A stretch of DNA of 58,374 nt from Octopus bimaculoides (GCF_001194135.2 NC_068990.1:63589666-63648039), one strand, 5' to 3'; numbered from the stretch's first letter, positions 24,931-38,356 are shown. Translations and numbers: made by a program. Notes: generated by a model from the sequence alone, not told the origin.

Positions 24931-25849
24931 AGAGACGAAACAAAAAAGAAAAATAACGAACGGAAGAAAAGAATTTTCATTTCATCAATTGTGGAAATTG
25001 TGAAGTATTGCGGAATTTTTGGTGCTTAAGATAGTACTACATACCCTTCGCTGCATCAACAGCCATAGATACGTCTAGAGAGGACACGGGAAAAAAGAAA
25101 CGAAAAACTAGAGCCAATTATTTAATAATGGTACCAAATAAGTGAAGGCGAAACATAAAACTTGGAAAGCATTTGAATAGATAAATAGATAGATCGAGAA
25201 AGACAGACAGAGAGAGAGAGAGAGAATTGTAAAAATAAAACAGGAGGGAAATAACCAATATACAAAACAATATACTACAATCTGAGCACCTGAACAAAGA
25301 AATGTGAAGGGAGCAAGAAAATACTGAAATATATATTCCTCTTTTTTGATCGAAACAATATGAAATAAAACAAACCAGTGTGTGTGGAGGTGGGAGGGGG
25401 TGTCCTTCGATGGAAGGAAAAGGAGAAATTATATATTTAATGTTTGTCTTAAATCAACGACAGAAAATAGCGACAGGGTTGAGAAAGGCGTGCATAGATC
25501 ACATTAAAATTTCGGAGTGTTAGAAAGAAAGTGGGAAGAAAGTGTGTGCTAACAAACACGTAGACATAAATTGAATGGAGAGAGAGAAGGAGGAAACAGT
25601 GGGACAAAGGAATTGGGAAGTTACCTATTTTTCACCACATCCAACAACGCTTACTTTTGTGCAAACGGCACAACCCTTCATTCTCCTCATTCTTCTGATG
25701 CTTTTCGAGACTGTGTATCATTATCATTCAACCTAGATGTCATACTGAAATCAAGATCGAGTTTCACGAACGGAATCTTTGAGAGCATCCTTCGGAGAAG
25801 TACTGAACTACAGTTCAGGTGACTGCTCCAGATGCTGTGCTTCACTGTC

Positions 25850-26390
25850 ATCGAATTTGTGACCTGGAAAAAGCACATCTTTAACATAACTAGGGCTGCA
25901 CCTCAATGGTTGGCCTTTCACCTTTCTTTTCAGTGCCAAAAACTATTTCAATTTCTGATAGTTGTTAATGCTGTTCTACCAGACTCAAGTGAGACCCAAA
26001 ATAGGAGACTGCTCCCTCATGTGGGACGTTTCTACTGCTACATATGCAAACATCCTAGACCATACCCAGAGAAGGTCCACTAGACTAATTTATATTCGGT
26101 CGTTAAGAGATACGCTCTAACCTGATCTATAATCGTGTTGTTTCCTCTTTCTCTCTCCCAATGTTACTTCAATGGTCTTGGATGATTTTGTTACTCTATG
26201 ATCCGGCACTCCCAGCCCAATCGTCTACTTTCCCGCTTGCTACTGCGTCCAACCTGACCCCTGTTATGCGCTAACCACTAACTCCTTTCTCTTCAAGAGC
26301 GTCGGTCCTTTGGAGACTTTTCCTTGCTCATGCCATTCGTGCTGGTATTGACCTGTCACAGTTTCTCGGAGAGTTTAAAAGGGTTTAGGC
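25850..26390 (+). mobile_element. L2/CR1-group LINE, RT C-terminal fragment
   Basis: WKKHIFNITRAA, then frameshifted TQVRPK..CS..WD and NILDHTQRRSTRLI, matching the W..HI..I...A...VRP.LEY.S.VW...VQ.RA.RLI pattern; decayed. Confidence 0.65.
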
Positions 26391-29300
26391 ACTTCTGTGT
26401 CACTGGGCAAATTATACTCAGGGAGTATGAAGACGTTTATTCAATACTAAGGTCATAGATGAGTTCAAATAATGGTTTTTTAGTGAATTTAGATATTCTT
26501 AAAAAAACACTTTTCATTTCTAATACACTTTTGGATGATAACGGATTAGGACTATTAAATGAAGAAACTAAAACTAAAGCCCAAGGAGTGTAATAAAAGA
26601 CTTTGATTCTCATAACCGAATGAAGGAAGATAGAAATCTCATGTGAATGAGGAACATGACTACCAAGAAGTTCGATTACGTGTGAAATTCTTCATTGAAA
26701 ATCGATTATAATTAGAACTATGAAACAGTACGAGTAGGGGAACACAGATCCCTGTAGTTGATTATCCAATGTTTCCTCAATCGTGCATAAATGTTTAACT
26801 TAGTACTGCAAGCTTATCAATTTTATAATGACGTTACTATTTACATAAACGAATAATTCCTGTTCAATGATATCTATCTGCAAACAGGTGCAGTGTGCTT
26901 TTTGAGAGTTAAATGTACTGTACGTAGCCATAAACAGAGTAGTGCATAGGTATCAGTAAAGAGAGCAATGAATCATTTGTTAGTTAGTTGACTGTTCAAT
27001 ACCTTACGAAATTTACCCATCTCTTCCATGACGGAACAAAATCAATTAGTGCCATGGATTTAAGTACAGGCAAAGCAATGCTAGATAAAATAAGTACAGG
27101 GTTATTTCTACGTGTCGATGTTATTGAGATCATAGATGTTACCATAACCTGATCCTTTATCTTAAAAGCAACATCATGAAATTAAAAGGGAAAGTTTTAG
27201 GGTAAAAGAGTTGAGATTTCAATAAACTGAAATGGACCTTCATTTCCTATGAAAATGAAATGACCTGAAATGGACGCAACTGTACATTTGGAAATTATGT
27301 GAAATTATTTAAGCAAAGCATTAAATAGAACGTTCACATTATGGAGTAAAATCTGTTTCGCTGGAAGATGTTTATCCGTAATTTTCCACCTAGATCAAAT
27401 TCATTAAAGAGAATCCTGTGATAAGTTAAACGGTCACACAATGTTGCATGTGATAAAAAGTAATATTTTCGTTACTTTATAATTAACTGAAACTATTAGT
27501 CCTACTGGCGAATTTGACTTGCTTATCTTTTACTGATAAGAACATAGAGTAATTTATTTTATCGCGAAACAATGAAGAAATATTGTTTTCTGTAATTCTC
27601 AAAACTAACAATATAATGCCTTCTGGTATCATGCGGTTCCCATCTAAGAAACGTTAATAAGATTCGAAACCATGCAATATGACTAATATTTACTACTTCC
27701 AGTCTGTCTCTTTTGTGTTTCAACCCATCTCTTTCACCTAATTTTTTTCTCAATATAGAACAGTTTATAGTAAAAGTGGCCAGCACACCGAGAAGCAACA
27801 TTAATAGATCAAGTAGGTATATGCCAGTTACCAAGCAACGGTGAGAAATGACTTCCTAATCTTGAATATTTCAGTGTTACATTGTATTTATTTAGGTTCA
27901 TTTAAGACTTGGCAACCTAAAGACTTATCAATAATGAAATTAGTTATATCGTTGAGTGGTTCGCTACTTTAATGGCCTGTGTTTACTTCATTCATTCTAC
28001 ACTCTGCGAAGTGATTATGTGTATCTACGGTGTACAAGAGGAGAAGAAGCTTAGAACAGGGCTTTGATATATATATATATATATATANNNNNNNNNNNNN
28101 NNNNNNNNNNNNNNNNNNNNNNNNNNNNNNNNNNNNNNNNNNNNNNNNNNNNNNNNNNNNNNNNNNNNNNNNNNNNNNNNNNNNNNNNNNNNNNNNNNNN
28201 NNNNNNNNNNNNNNNNNNNNNNNNNNNNNNNNNNNNNNNNNNNNNNNNNNNNNNNNNNNNNNNNNNNNNNNNNNNNNNNNNNNNNNNNNNNNNNNNNNNN
28301 NNNNNNNNNNNNNNNNNNNNNNNNNNNNNNNNNNNNNNNNNNNNNNNNNNNNNNNNNNNNNNNNNNNNNNNNNNNNNNNNNNNNNNNNNNNNNNNNNNNN
28401 NNNNNNNNNNNNNNNNNNNNNNNNNNNNNNNNNNNNNNNNNNNNNNNNNNNNNNNNNNNNNNNNNNNNNNNNNNNNNNNNNNNNNNNNNNNNNNNNNNNN
28501 NNNNNNNNNNNNNNNNNNNNNNNNNNNNNNNNNNNNNNNNNNNNNNNNNNNNNNNNNNNNNNNNNNNNNNNNNNNNNNNNNNNNNNNNNNNNNNNNNNNN
28601 NNNNNNNNNNNNNNNNNNNNNNNNNNNNNNNNNNNNNNNNNNNNNNNNNNNNNNNNNNNNNNNNNNNNNNNNNNNNNNNNNNNNNNNNNNNNNNNNNNNN
28701 NNNNNNNNNNNNNNNNNNNNNNNNNNNNNNNNNNNNNNNNNNNNNNNNNNNNNNNNNNNNNNNNNNNNNNNNNNNNNNNNNNNNNNNNNNNNNNNNNNNN
28801 NNNNNNNNNNNNNNNNNNNNNNNNNNNNNNNNNNNNNNNNNNNNNNNNNNNNNNNNNNNNNNNNNNNNNNNNNNNNNNNNNNNNNNNNNNNNNNNNNNNN
28901 NNNNNNNNNNNNNNNNNNNNNNNNNNNNNNNNNNNNNNNNNNNNNNNNNNNNNNNGATCTTGTGTGCGTGTGTCTATAGGTAACGTACACTTCAGTTCAA
29001 CTGGGTAACAAGTAAACATGTTGACGATTACCAGAATGTTATATCAAATATTAATTCTCTCCATTGGGGGTCCTCTCTGATCACCTCTTTTCTGGTTTGC
29101 CCGCGGTGGCTCTGGTTTGATTATAATCAATGTAAGCTTCAAGTTCCGAAGCAACTTTTCCTTTATGGTTCATTATAATATCCTCGTTTATAAATTACCT
29201 ATTTGTTTTGTTTTGTTCTCTAGTAGTTACAATGGAAATTCTGATAAACAAGTCTGATAAAGGTTTCATATAACGAGCAATAGGAAGCATATTGTCTTGT

Positions 29301-29526
29301 ATGCCAATTAATTATACCTAAATATACTCCTTTGTTGAAATATCAATAAGAACCTTTATTATGATTTAAACGAACTCTATTATGTAGGCCGTCAAAATAT
29401 GTCCATCAAATTTTCTCTTAATGTTTTTCAATACGGAATAAATTATTACGTCAAACTTTTTCCACTTATTTTCAATGTTTGAACATTGGTGGCTCTTAAG
29501 CGAGAAACGTATTTTCCATATACATA

Positions 29527-29673
29527 GGCGCAGGCATACCTGTGCTGTTAGATGTTTGTTTCCCAAATACATGGTTCCGGGTTCAGTCCCATTGCGTGGC
29601 ACATTAGGCAAGTGTCGGGCCGACCAAAGCCTTGTGAGTGCATTAGGTAGACAGAAACTAAATGAAGCCCGTC

Positions 29674-29675
<2 letters not shown>
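29527..29675 (+). mobile_element. SINE family B head running into (TA)n and a gap
   Basis: GGCGCAGGC...GGTTCCGGGTTCAGTCCCA...GAAGCCCGTCG. Confidence 0.8.
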
Positions 29676-29709
<34 letters not shown>

Positions 29710-29967
29710 NNNNNNNNNNNNNNNNNNNNNNNNNNNNNNNNNNNNNNNNNNNNNNNNNNNNNNNNNNNNNNNNNNNNNNNNNNNNNNNNNNNNNNNNNNN
29801 NNNNNNNNNNNNNNNNNNNNNNNNNNNNNNNNNNNNNNNNNNNNNNNNNNNNNNNNNNNNNNNNNNNNNNNNNNNNNNNNNNNNNNNNNNNNNNNNNNNN
29901 NNNNNNNNNNNNNNATGTTTTCCTAAAACAGATATCATAAAAAAAAGGGGAATTAAAATTCATTAAA

Positions 29968-30650
29968 ATGACAGATCTATCGGACTTTCAAAGAGGCCAA
30001 ATTGTTGGTGCTCATATGGCAGGCAATAGCGTAAACGAAAACAGTATCAAGAAGTACTGTCTCGGAAGTAATGACACCCTTTAAGAAAAAGGGAAAAACC
30101 TCCTCGTCGAAACAAAACTCCGAAAGAAAACCAACACTTTCAGATAGGGATCGTCGGACTCTGACGAGAGTTGTTGTAAAAAGATAACAAAAGTACAACT
30201 CCCAAAATTACTGCAGAGCCTAATGACCAGCTCGAGAAACCAGTTTCCACAAAAACTGTTTGCCAGAAGCTGCACAAAGCCGGATTTCACGGGTGGGCTG
30301 CAATCAGAAAACCACTACTTTCAAAAATAAACGTTGCAAAGCGTTTAGAGTGGAGTAAAAACCAACAGAATTGGTCCCAAAGCAATGAAAGAATGTGCTT
30401 TCTCGGTCCAGTCATCCTTTACCTTATTTCTGACCACCGGCCGAGTATACGTGTGAAGACAGCCAATAGAAGCATTTGGCCCAGACTGTCTTCTTCCAAC
30501 TGTTAAACATGGAGGAGGATCTGTGATGATCGGGGGGAGGTATATCTTGGAATTCCGTCGGCCCAATGGTTTTCCTTCATGGCAGAATTAAGAGTCAAAA
30601 CTAATTAAGCATTTTTCTGATCAAATTCATCTTGTGATTGCGGAGCTGTT
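29968..30650 (+). mobile_element. Second Tc1-like transposase relic, 3'-truncated
   Basis: MTDLSDFQRGQIVGAHMAG; KPVSTKTVCQKLHKAGFHGWAAIRKPLLSKINVAKRLEW; TVKHGGGSVMI; multiple frameshifts and stops; no TIR visible (N gap upstream). Confidence 0.88.
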
Positions 30651-31660
30651 CGGGCTTAGCCCGAGTATAAATTTAGTAAAGTGAACGTGTATCTGGAAGC
30701 TGATTTAATTTCTACCAACACTGACTTCAAGTATGTAACTGCAGCCAATAACTCGGCCTCCTTTTATTGATCCTAGTCGCAGTTCGCTTATTTTCATTCA
30801 ACGTCAGGCGCTATCTTAGAGATACACTGTGTCAAAAAATATCATTCGTAGTAAACTTTCTCTCGACAGTGTTCAGACGCGCCTGATTCGGGTTCAGAAG
30901 TTACAGCCGGAGTTGTTGTCTATAGTCATAAAAATTTTAAATAATTCAAATTCAATGTTTTCTTGAAACAAAAAATTTCCTTAAAGATTAGGGTTTAAAT
31001 TCCAATCTATGAAAAGTTTCCATTCCACAATATACTTAAAGAAACAAAAAATTATCTAGCAACTCGGGCTAATACAATCGAGCCTGGTAGGTGTAAAAGA
31101 CTAACTGGTATCTCTTGTCAAGAGTACAGGCAACAATCAGATCCCTGATCTTTGTTGTGCATTCCGCTGTCGTTATTTGATTGTTATTCTGTGCGTCTGT
31201 GTGTAAAGATCAGTTGTGTTTTGCAGGGTTGCTTTATTTTTGCCCTTAACTTAGAAATGGAGAAAGACATAGTGCTAGATATTTTTAAAAAATAAGCTGT
31301 TTGGGGGCTAGAAATATTGCGGAAAGAAATATTCTCCGGAAAAGACCAGTCAGCTGATGTTCAGCGACGCCGAAGTCTCCCAAGGATATCGTCGCTCTTA
31401 CCCGCCACTAATCCCCAACAGAACCTCACGTTAGAATATCCACTAACCACATTGCCTGAGGCACAGTGGGCTGCGAGCGTGCCTAAAAGCATTCAAGGTT
31501 TCAGGCGTCCGGCCTCTCTCAATATCTGATCCAGGACTGTAGCTTATTCAAAGAGACAAGCTGCAGAAAAGCGCGATCTGGCAAACATAAACCACAGCTA
31601 CTGATCTGAACATCACGACTACGGTAGAGAGTAAGGCTCGTTTGGCCCTAGCAAGGAGAA

Positions 31661-31914
31661 AAATTTCCAATTAAGACCAACTTCACATGTACCACCCAGG
31701 ACCTAATTTATGTCCTAACCTGCTCAGGTTGTGGCCACAATACAGGCAGATAGCTCTGAGAGAACCTATTGACAGATGCGCAAGAAATAAAATACCGAAT
31801 TTCCATATTTTTCCCTTATACCAATGCAAAGATTCAATCTCTTTACAAGAACGCCTAAACAAGGAAAACCTGTTCATACAAAAGTACAGACCACACCTTA
31901 ATATACAATCTTGA
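31661..31914 (+). mobile_element. PLE GIY-YIG endonuclease fragment (Neptune/Poseidon-like)
   Basis: KFPIKTNFTCTTQDLIYVLTCSGCG, then a frameshift, then FHIFPLYQC...ERLNKENLFIQKYRPHLN*. Confidence 0.8.
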
Positions 31915-32736
31915 CCACCTGATTCCTACACATTCCTATTTCAAAATCAAATTTATTGACCACTACTCAATAATGCTGAGGAGGTAGTTGTCCCCCTTGC
32001 CACCTATTGCCTCCCTTTATCCACTATATCCATTCATTCTTACTTTTCAAGAAATCCACACTGGCGTGATTCCTTTGTCTCAAGGAGTGATTACTTCATA
32101 ATGTCCCTTGAAAAACTAATTTAATTTAAATAGCGAAAACGGGTTGGATATCACATTTTATGAGACTTTTACCATCCATAAAATATGTATNNNNNNNNNN
32201 NNNNNNNNNNNNNNNNNNNNNNNNNNNNNNNNNNNNNNNNNNNNNNNNNNNNNNNNNNNNNNNNNNNNNNNNNNNNNNNNNNNNNNNNNNNNNNNNNNNN
32301 NNNNNNNNNNNNNNNNNNNNNNNNNNNNNNNNNNNNNNNNNNNNNNNNNNNNNNNNNNNNNNNNNNNNNNNNNNNNNNNNNNNNNNNNNNNNNNNNNNNN
32401 NNNNNNNNNNNNNNNNNNNNNNNNNNNNNNNNNNNNNNNNNNNNNNNNNNNNNNNNNNNNNNNNNNNNNNNNNNNNNNNNNNNNNNNNNNNNNNNNNNNN
32501 NNNNNNNNNNNNNNNNNNNNNNNNNNNNNNNNNNNNNNNNNNNNNNNNNNNNNNNNNNNNNNNNNNNNNNNNNNNNNNNNNNNNNNNNNNNNNNNNNNNN
32601 NNNNNNNNNNNNNNNNNNNNNNNNNNNNNNNNNNNNNNNNNNNNNNNNNNNNNNNNNNNNNNNNNNNNNNNNNNNNNNNNNNNNNNNNNNNNNNNNNNNN
32701 NNNNNNNNNNNNNNNNNNNNNNNNNNNNNNNNNNNN

Positions 32737-32772
<36 letters not shown>

Positions 32773-32883
32773 TGTATGTATGTATGTATGTATATGTATA
32801 TATTAGACAAAATGAGATAACAAAGCCAAGCCAAGGCTGTGAGTAGTTTTCAGGACATTTATAAGGAAAAAAATATAGATATA

Positions 32884-32931
32884 GTCTTACAGCTGTATCT
32901 GGGTTATTGTGGATATCCCTTTATCAGAGAC
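32884..32931 (-). ncRNA. Degenerate type-I hammerhead motif
   Basis: Minus strand GTCT-CTGATAA-AGGG...CCCA-GATA-CAGCTG-TA|AGAC: stem I 4 bp, palindromic stem III ACAGCTGT, two core substitutions; lies 3' of the Naiad-like relic on the same strand. Confidence 0.45.
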
Positions 32932-33679
32932 GTTGTGAGATGGTTAAATAGAGGTAAATATTTGAGTACGAAACAAGGAATTATTATGGAGAAGGAGTAG
33001 ATAGGGAATATACAGGGAAATAAGAGAATGAAATGTATAAAGATACTGTAGTTGAAGTTCCATTATTCGATGAAAGTATTATATAGAAGTGATAAAGTTC
33101 CAATAGTAGTTCATGTTTAGTCATTTCAAAGTATGGAGCTGTGGATTCTGTTTTGCTCATTCGAAAGAGTCTTGTGGTGCGAATGAAAATTTGAGAATGT
33201 TTGGTAGTATTTGTGGATAGACGATGGGAGGAGAGATGTGTATGATTACAATGAGGTGATAAGTCAAAATGAAAACGAGAAGAGAAAATGAGAGGAAGAA
33301 AGAAAGAAAAACGAGAAAGAAAAAAGAGAGAGAAAGAGAAGAGTGAAAAAACAAAAAAGAAGTGAAGAAAGGGTGAAAGAAGTGAGAAAAGGAGTGCTAG
33401 TTGGTGTTCAAGATAATGTGAGGGGAGGATAGGAAAGGAGTGGGAGGGGGACAGGAAGAGATTAGAAGGTAAGGAGTAAATAACTGTGAGATATGTGAGT
33501 AGGGATGATATGATAGAGCTGCATTAAGGGATAGGTAGACAAAAGGTATGGGTGGGGTGATATTAAAGTGAGTTGTAGTTTTAGAGGTAAAATTTAAAGT
33601 GGAGGGAAGAATACAAGGATGTCAAATCTCTATAAATAGACATATCTGATTGTAATCAGGGAGAAGGGAAGACGGTATA

Positions 33680-34215
33680 ATGACATACGTACGCACACAC
33701 ACACGTACATATACATGTGCGCTTATGTATACATACATATACACACACACATATATACATACATACACAAATATACATGCACACACANNNNNNNNNNNNN
33801 NNNNNNNNNNNNNNNNNNNNNNNNNNNNNNNNNNNNNNNNNNNNNNNNNNNNNNNNNNNNNNNNATACATATACACATACATGTACACGCACATACATAT
33901 CGCAGGCTCACACGCGCTTACACACAGTCAAACGTACGTGCACATACATGTGCATACAATTACATATATACACATACACACACTCATTCATATATACTTG
34001 CCTATACATATGCACGGAGATATACATACACACACACACATATGTATAGATATATACATACACATACCCACATACATATATATACATACATACACAAATA
34101 TACATGCACACACACACATATGTATAGATATATACATACACATACCCACATACATATATATACATACATACACAAATATACATGCACACACATTTACACA
34201 TGTATCCACTTGTAT
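33680..34215. repeat. Degenerate CA/TA-rich tract with a ~78-bp tandem duplication
   Basis: The ORF track shows THTHMYRYIHTHTHIHIYTYIHKYTC twice. Confidence 0.85.
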
Positions 34216-34379
34216 GTCCATATATGCAGTATTAAATGATTGAGATCCTTAAAGTAAGATAGGAGAGTTAAAAAATCAACGATTAGAAATTAAAATGGAG
34301 ATAAAATAACGTTAAGTAGGGTTGTTGGGGATCTCCTAAGGGGTGTTGTGGATATATGCTGTGTGGTTATTTAGGTTAC

Positions 34380-35260
34380 AATTAGATTTGTGGTAAAATT
34401 TAAAGGTATGAAAAAAGCGGTGGTTGCATGTTCTTAGGGTTTCATTATATTTATTTAGTAGTGTCGAGGAGTTGTGTCTTAATATGTGGAATGCCTCTTT
34501 TAGTCATAACTTACAGGCTAAGCGTTGACCTTGGTACGGAAGCCCTGTATCTATTATGGACCATGAAAAAATGTAGGGAACATTTCTATTTTTTAGATGA
34601 TGTATGTGACTGGTGGGTTGTAGTTTTATATATATATATAGCTGTAGAATTGTGTAATATGTTGAGGACGGTGCATTTCTAAATTACATTAGATCTTCTA
34701 CAATGGGTTTGTAGAGGGCAGATGAACCCAAGACACCAGTTACAAGTGGGTGTATTTTGGAGATTATTTTCAGGAATGGACGAGGTAATACTGTCAGAGG
34801 AGAGGTTAGAGAGTGGGGTAGAAAGGTCTAAGTTATTAGTATTATTATTACTATTATCGTTATTATTGCTATCGTTTTTGTTAATTATTCTACCTGTAAC
34901 GGTGGTGGAAGTTGTGGTCGTATTCTGGATAGTGTTATTAGGATAGGATGGGTTATGGTTGTGGTCTAACCTAATGGATTCGATGCTGGAGCTGTGTATA
35001 TGTTGGGCCCTCGTGTATTCAGAGTTGTTATTATGTGAGTTTTGATAGTAGCGAGAAAGCTTTTGTTTATTAGAGGCCTCTATGATAAGCTCAAAGTTTT
35101 GTGGGGTGAAATAGAATAGCTTCAGGGTAGATCTATTAAAGATAGAGTAATATTTATGTTGATGAGGGAAGTTGGAGTCCAGTATATTAAGGAAGGATTT
35201 AGCTAAGTTCTTAACGTTTAGAATAGGGCGTCCATTGCTTTTTTTTGGGTGCTTAGGGGT
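34380..35260 (-). mobile_element. Penelope-like element relic, Naiad-like (RT thumb, Cys linker, GIY-YIG C-terminus)
   Basis: Minus-strand pieces: KNLAKSFLNILDSNFPHQHKYYSIFNRSTLKLFY (about 35050-35215); TCNWCLGFICPLQTHCRRSNVI*KCTV (about 34670-34750); WSIIDTGLPY...ACKL*LKEAFHIL...LLNKYNETLRTCNH (about 34420-34565). These match recalled PLE motifs FLxLLDxHFP..H..IFNR.T.K, CNC..CPL..C and CxLCLxE..LLNK.E..C.H. Confidence 0.75.
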
Positions 35261-35510
35261 AGTGCTATCGATATTTTTGGAAAATGAAGGTGGGTAGCCT
35301 GGTCCGTTGTTGTTAGATGTTTTAGCTTTTGACCTAGTGTTATATGTGTGCGTATGGGTCTAGGTTGGCTGAATGCAGGTTCTCTCGGGGTTCTAACATG
35401 TGTGGTCTGTTGTGATTCTGATGGTTGGTGTGCCGTTGCGATGTGATTTGGAATATATGTTGTTTCAGATTAGTATTAGGGATGTATTTTATTTGTTGGG
35501 AGAATCCGCT

Positions 35511-35548
<38 letters not shown>

Positions 35549-36070
35549 NNNNNNNNNNNNNNNNNNNNNNNNNNNNNNNNNNNNNNNNNNNNNNNNNNNN
35601 NNNNNNNNNNNNNNNNNNNNNNNNNNNNNNNNNNNNNNNNNNNNNNNNNNNNNNNNNNNNNNNNNNNNNNNNNNNNNNNNNNNNNNNNNNNNNNNNNNNN
35701 NNNNNNNNNNNNNNNNNNNNNNNNNNNNNNNNNNNNNNNNNNNNNNNNNNNNNNNNNNNNNNNNNNNNNNNNNNNNNNNNNNNNNNNNNNNNNNNNNNNN
35801 NNNNNNNNNNNNNNNNNNNNNNNNNNNNNNNNNNNNNNNNNNNNNNNNNNNNNNNNNNNNNNNNNNNNNNNNNNNNNNNNNNNNNNNNNNNNNNNNNNNN
35901 NNNNNNNNNNNNNNNNNNNNNNNNNNNNNNNNNNNNNNNNNNNNNNNNNNNNNNNNNNNNNNNNNNNNNNNNNNNNNNNNNNNNNNNNNNNNNNNNNNNN
36001 NNNNNNNNNNNNNNNNNNNNNNNNNNNNNNNNNNNNNNNNNNNNNNNNNNNNNNNNNNNNNNNNNNNNNN

Positions 36071-36128
<58 letters not shown>

Positions 36129-36567
36129 TGTATGTATGTATATATGTATATATGTATGTATGCATGCATGTATGGTTATTCAAGTCTTCGTCAACGAGGT
36201 TGTAAAGTGAATCGCGTATGAAGCTGTGTATATTCGTCGTTATACAGAACAGAGAGGTATGGAAAACGTTGAATTATTAAAATCATAAGTATATACAACT
36301 TGCTTTGCAAAGTAGTTTATGAGTGCTTAAATTCCTGAAATCAACATTAAAAATAGAATTTAAAACTAACTTCAGAAATATGATGTTATAGATAAATATT
36401 TAAAATATTTTGATAACTATGAAAAAAAAACAATGCTTTTTTGTAGCAAGCGATTAGCGAGAGATAGTTCAAAGAAAGAGAAAAGTGTTCGATTCGAAAC
36501 AATAACATATATAAAGTTGAAATAGTTATATAACGTTGACTACATAAAAATATATATGGATAGATAG

Positions 36568-36598
<31 letters not shown>

Positions 36599-36650
36599 CA
36601 AACATACACACATACACACAGTACGTATGTACATGTATTGCTTTAAATCA

Positions 36651-37067
36651 TTTTACTTATTTCAGCCATTGGAATGAGCCATACTGGGTCATTGCCTTGA
36701 AGGATTTAGTCAAAGCAATCCACCACATTACTTATTCTTTTTAAGTCTGGTACTTATTATGTCGGGTCTTTTGCCGAACCGCTAAGTTACAGAGACGTCA
36801 ACAGAAAAACACCGATTGTCAATCGGTAGTGGTGGACAAACACAAACACAAGGACAAACACACAGACATATGTGCTTGTGTGAGAGAGAGAGGGGGGATA
36901 AAGAGAGAAGCTTCTTTTAGCTTCCGTGTACAAAATCCACTGACAAGGCGTTCGTCGGTCCGGTGATATAGTAAAAGCACTTGTCCAAGATACCACGCAG
37001 TGAGATTGAACTAGGAACCATGTGTCTGGGAAGCAAGCTTCAGACCACACAGCCACGCCGGTGCCTA
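36651..37067 (-). mobile_element. tRNA-derived SINE family B (head, internal microsatellite, tail module)
   Basis: Reverse complement starts AGGCACCGGCGTGGCTGTGTGGTCTGAAGCTTGCTTCCC with a B-box-like GGTTCCTAGTTCAATC; CTTGGACAAGTG core; tail CCGACATAATAAGTACC. Confidence 0.85.
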
Positions 37068-38323
37068 CATATTTTCTATTTCTGGCCATCTTCAGTCTAA
37101 CATAAATTTATGATCATGTTGGCGATCATAACAACAAAGTCTACGTTGGTGGAAATGGAAATGGAAAGAGAATCGTATACGTGTGTTACGGCTCAAAATA
37201 CACTGTTGAATAAAAGCTGTTCATGCGCAGAAACAACCGAAATATCAAGAGTACAATTTACTGTTTTACAAGTCATATGACTTGCATTGTATTATGTATG
37301 TGTGATGTTGATATCTCAGCTGTTTCCCAATATAACCCATTTCTGTGATAGAGAGTAAAAAAAAAAACACGTTTAAGATACTGTTTTGAAGGACCACGTG
37401 ATCAAATACTTTTAAAATAACTAGGCTGCCAGAGACAATGATTCAGTAGATTTCAGGTCTACTATGTTATGGGGAATGCAATCAAACCTACAACGGTTAA
37501 CAAGCAGTGAAAAAGAACAGAGACGCACACACACTCACACATAAACATACACACGCACGTATGCATATACGCACACAGACATACACACCAGAGCGCGTGA
37601 CGAGCTTCCATAGTTTGTCCCTACTAAATTTACTCTCAGTGTACTCGTCAGTTCCAGGCTATACTGGAATACATCATGCCAAATTTAAACTCAAAATCAT
37701 ATGGTACTAAATCAACTTCTTCACTACACAAACTAGCCTTGCATGTGTGTGGGTGTGTCTGCACATACATACATACATACATACATGAAGGCTGCAAACT
37801 CGTGTGATCGAAAGTCCCACACATGCAGAGGCTACGACCAGCCATTTTTGCGATAGGTCTTACTTTATTTTTCAAGCGTGCATTTTGATTTTTCACAATG
37901 GGGGAAGGATTTGAACAAATCCAATCCCGCTTACTGAACATGGACAACAAACTCAAAATGAAGAACTAGTCTACATCATCGAACATTGTCAGCGTCGCAG
38001 GTTTTCTCTCAGAATTTCTCTCTCCGAGAGAGATGTTGGGACAACAGCAGAAAGGCCTCCCACTACCACCGGGCCAACCGCGCGCCTGGACACCAACCCA
38101 GCTATTTCCGCGTCCCCACGCATACATATACATACATGCATACATACACATGTACACATATTGTTGGATTTCTGTTGACAGTTCATTAGTTCTTCTACCC
38201 TTTTACAGGTCTTACTTTTTGTCCTGCAGGGTGTCCAACAATCACCCTCCTCACCAAGCAAGGTTATTGGGGATGCTAGTTAAGTCGTCGACGACCCGAC
38301 CATGCAACAGGTTGTAGTGGGTT

Positions 38324-38356
<33 letters not shown>

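Noticed and set aside
37780-38300. GC-richer stretch with several short ORFs
   Set aside because: Probably an old TE fragment, but no diagnostic motif; RNSERKP similarity to the Tc1 relic is too short.
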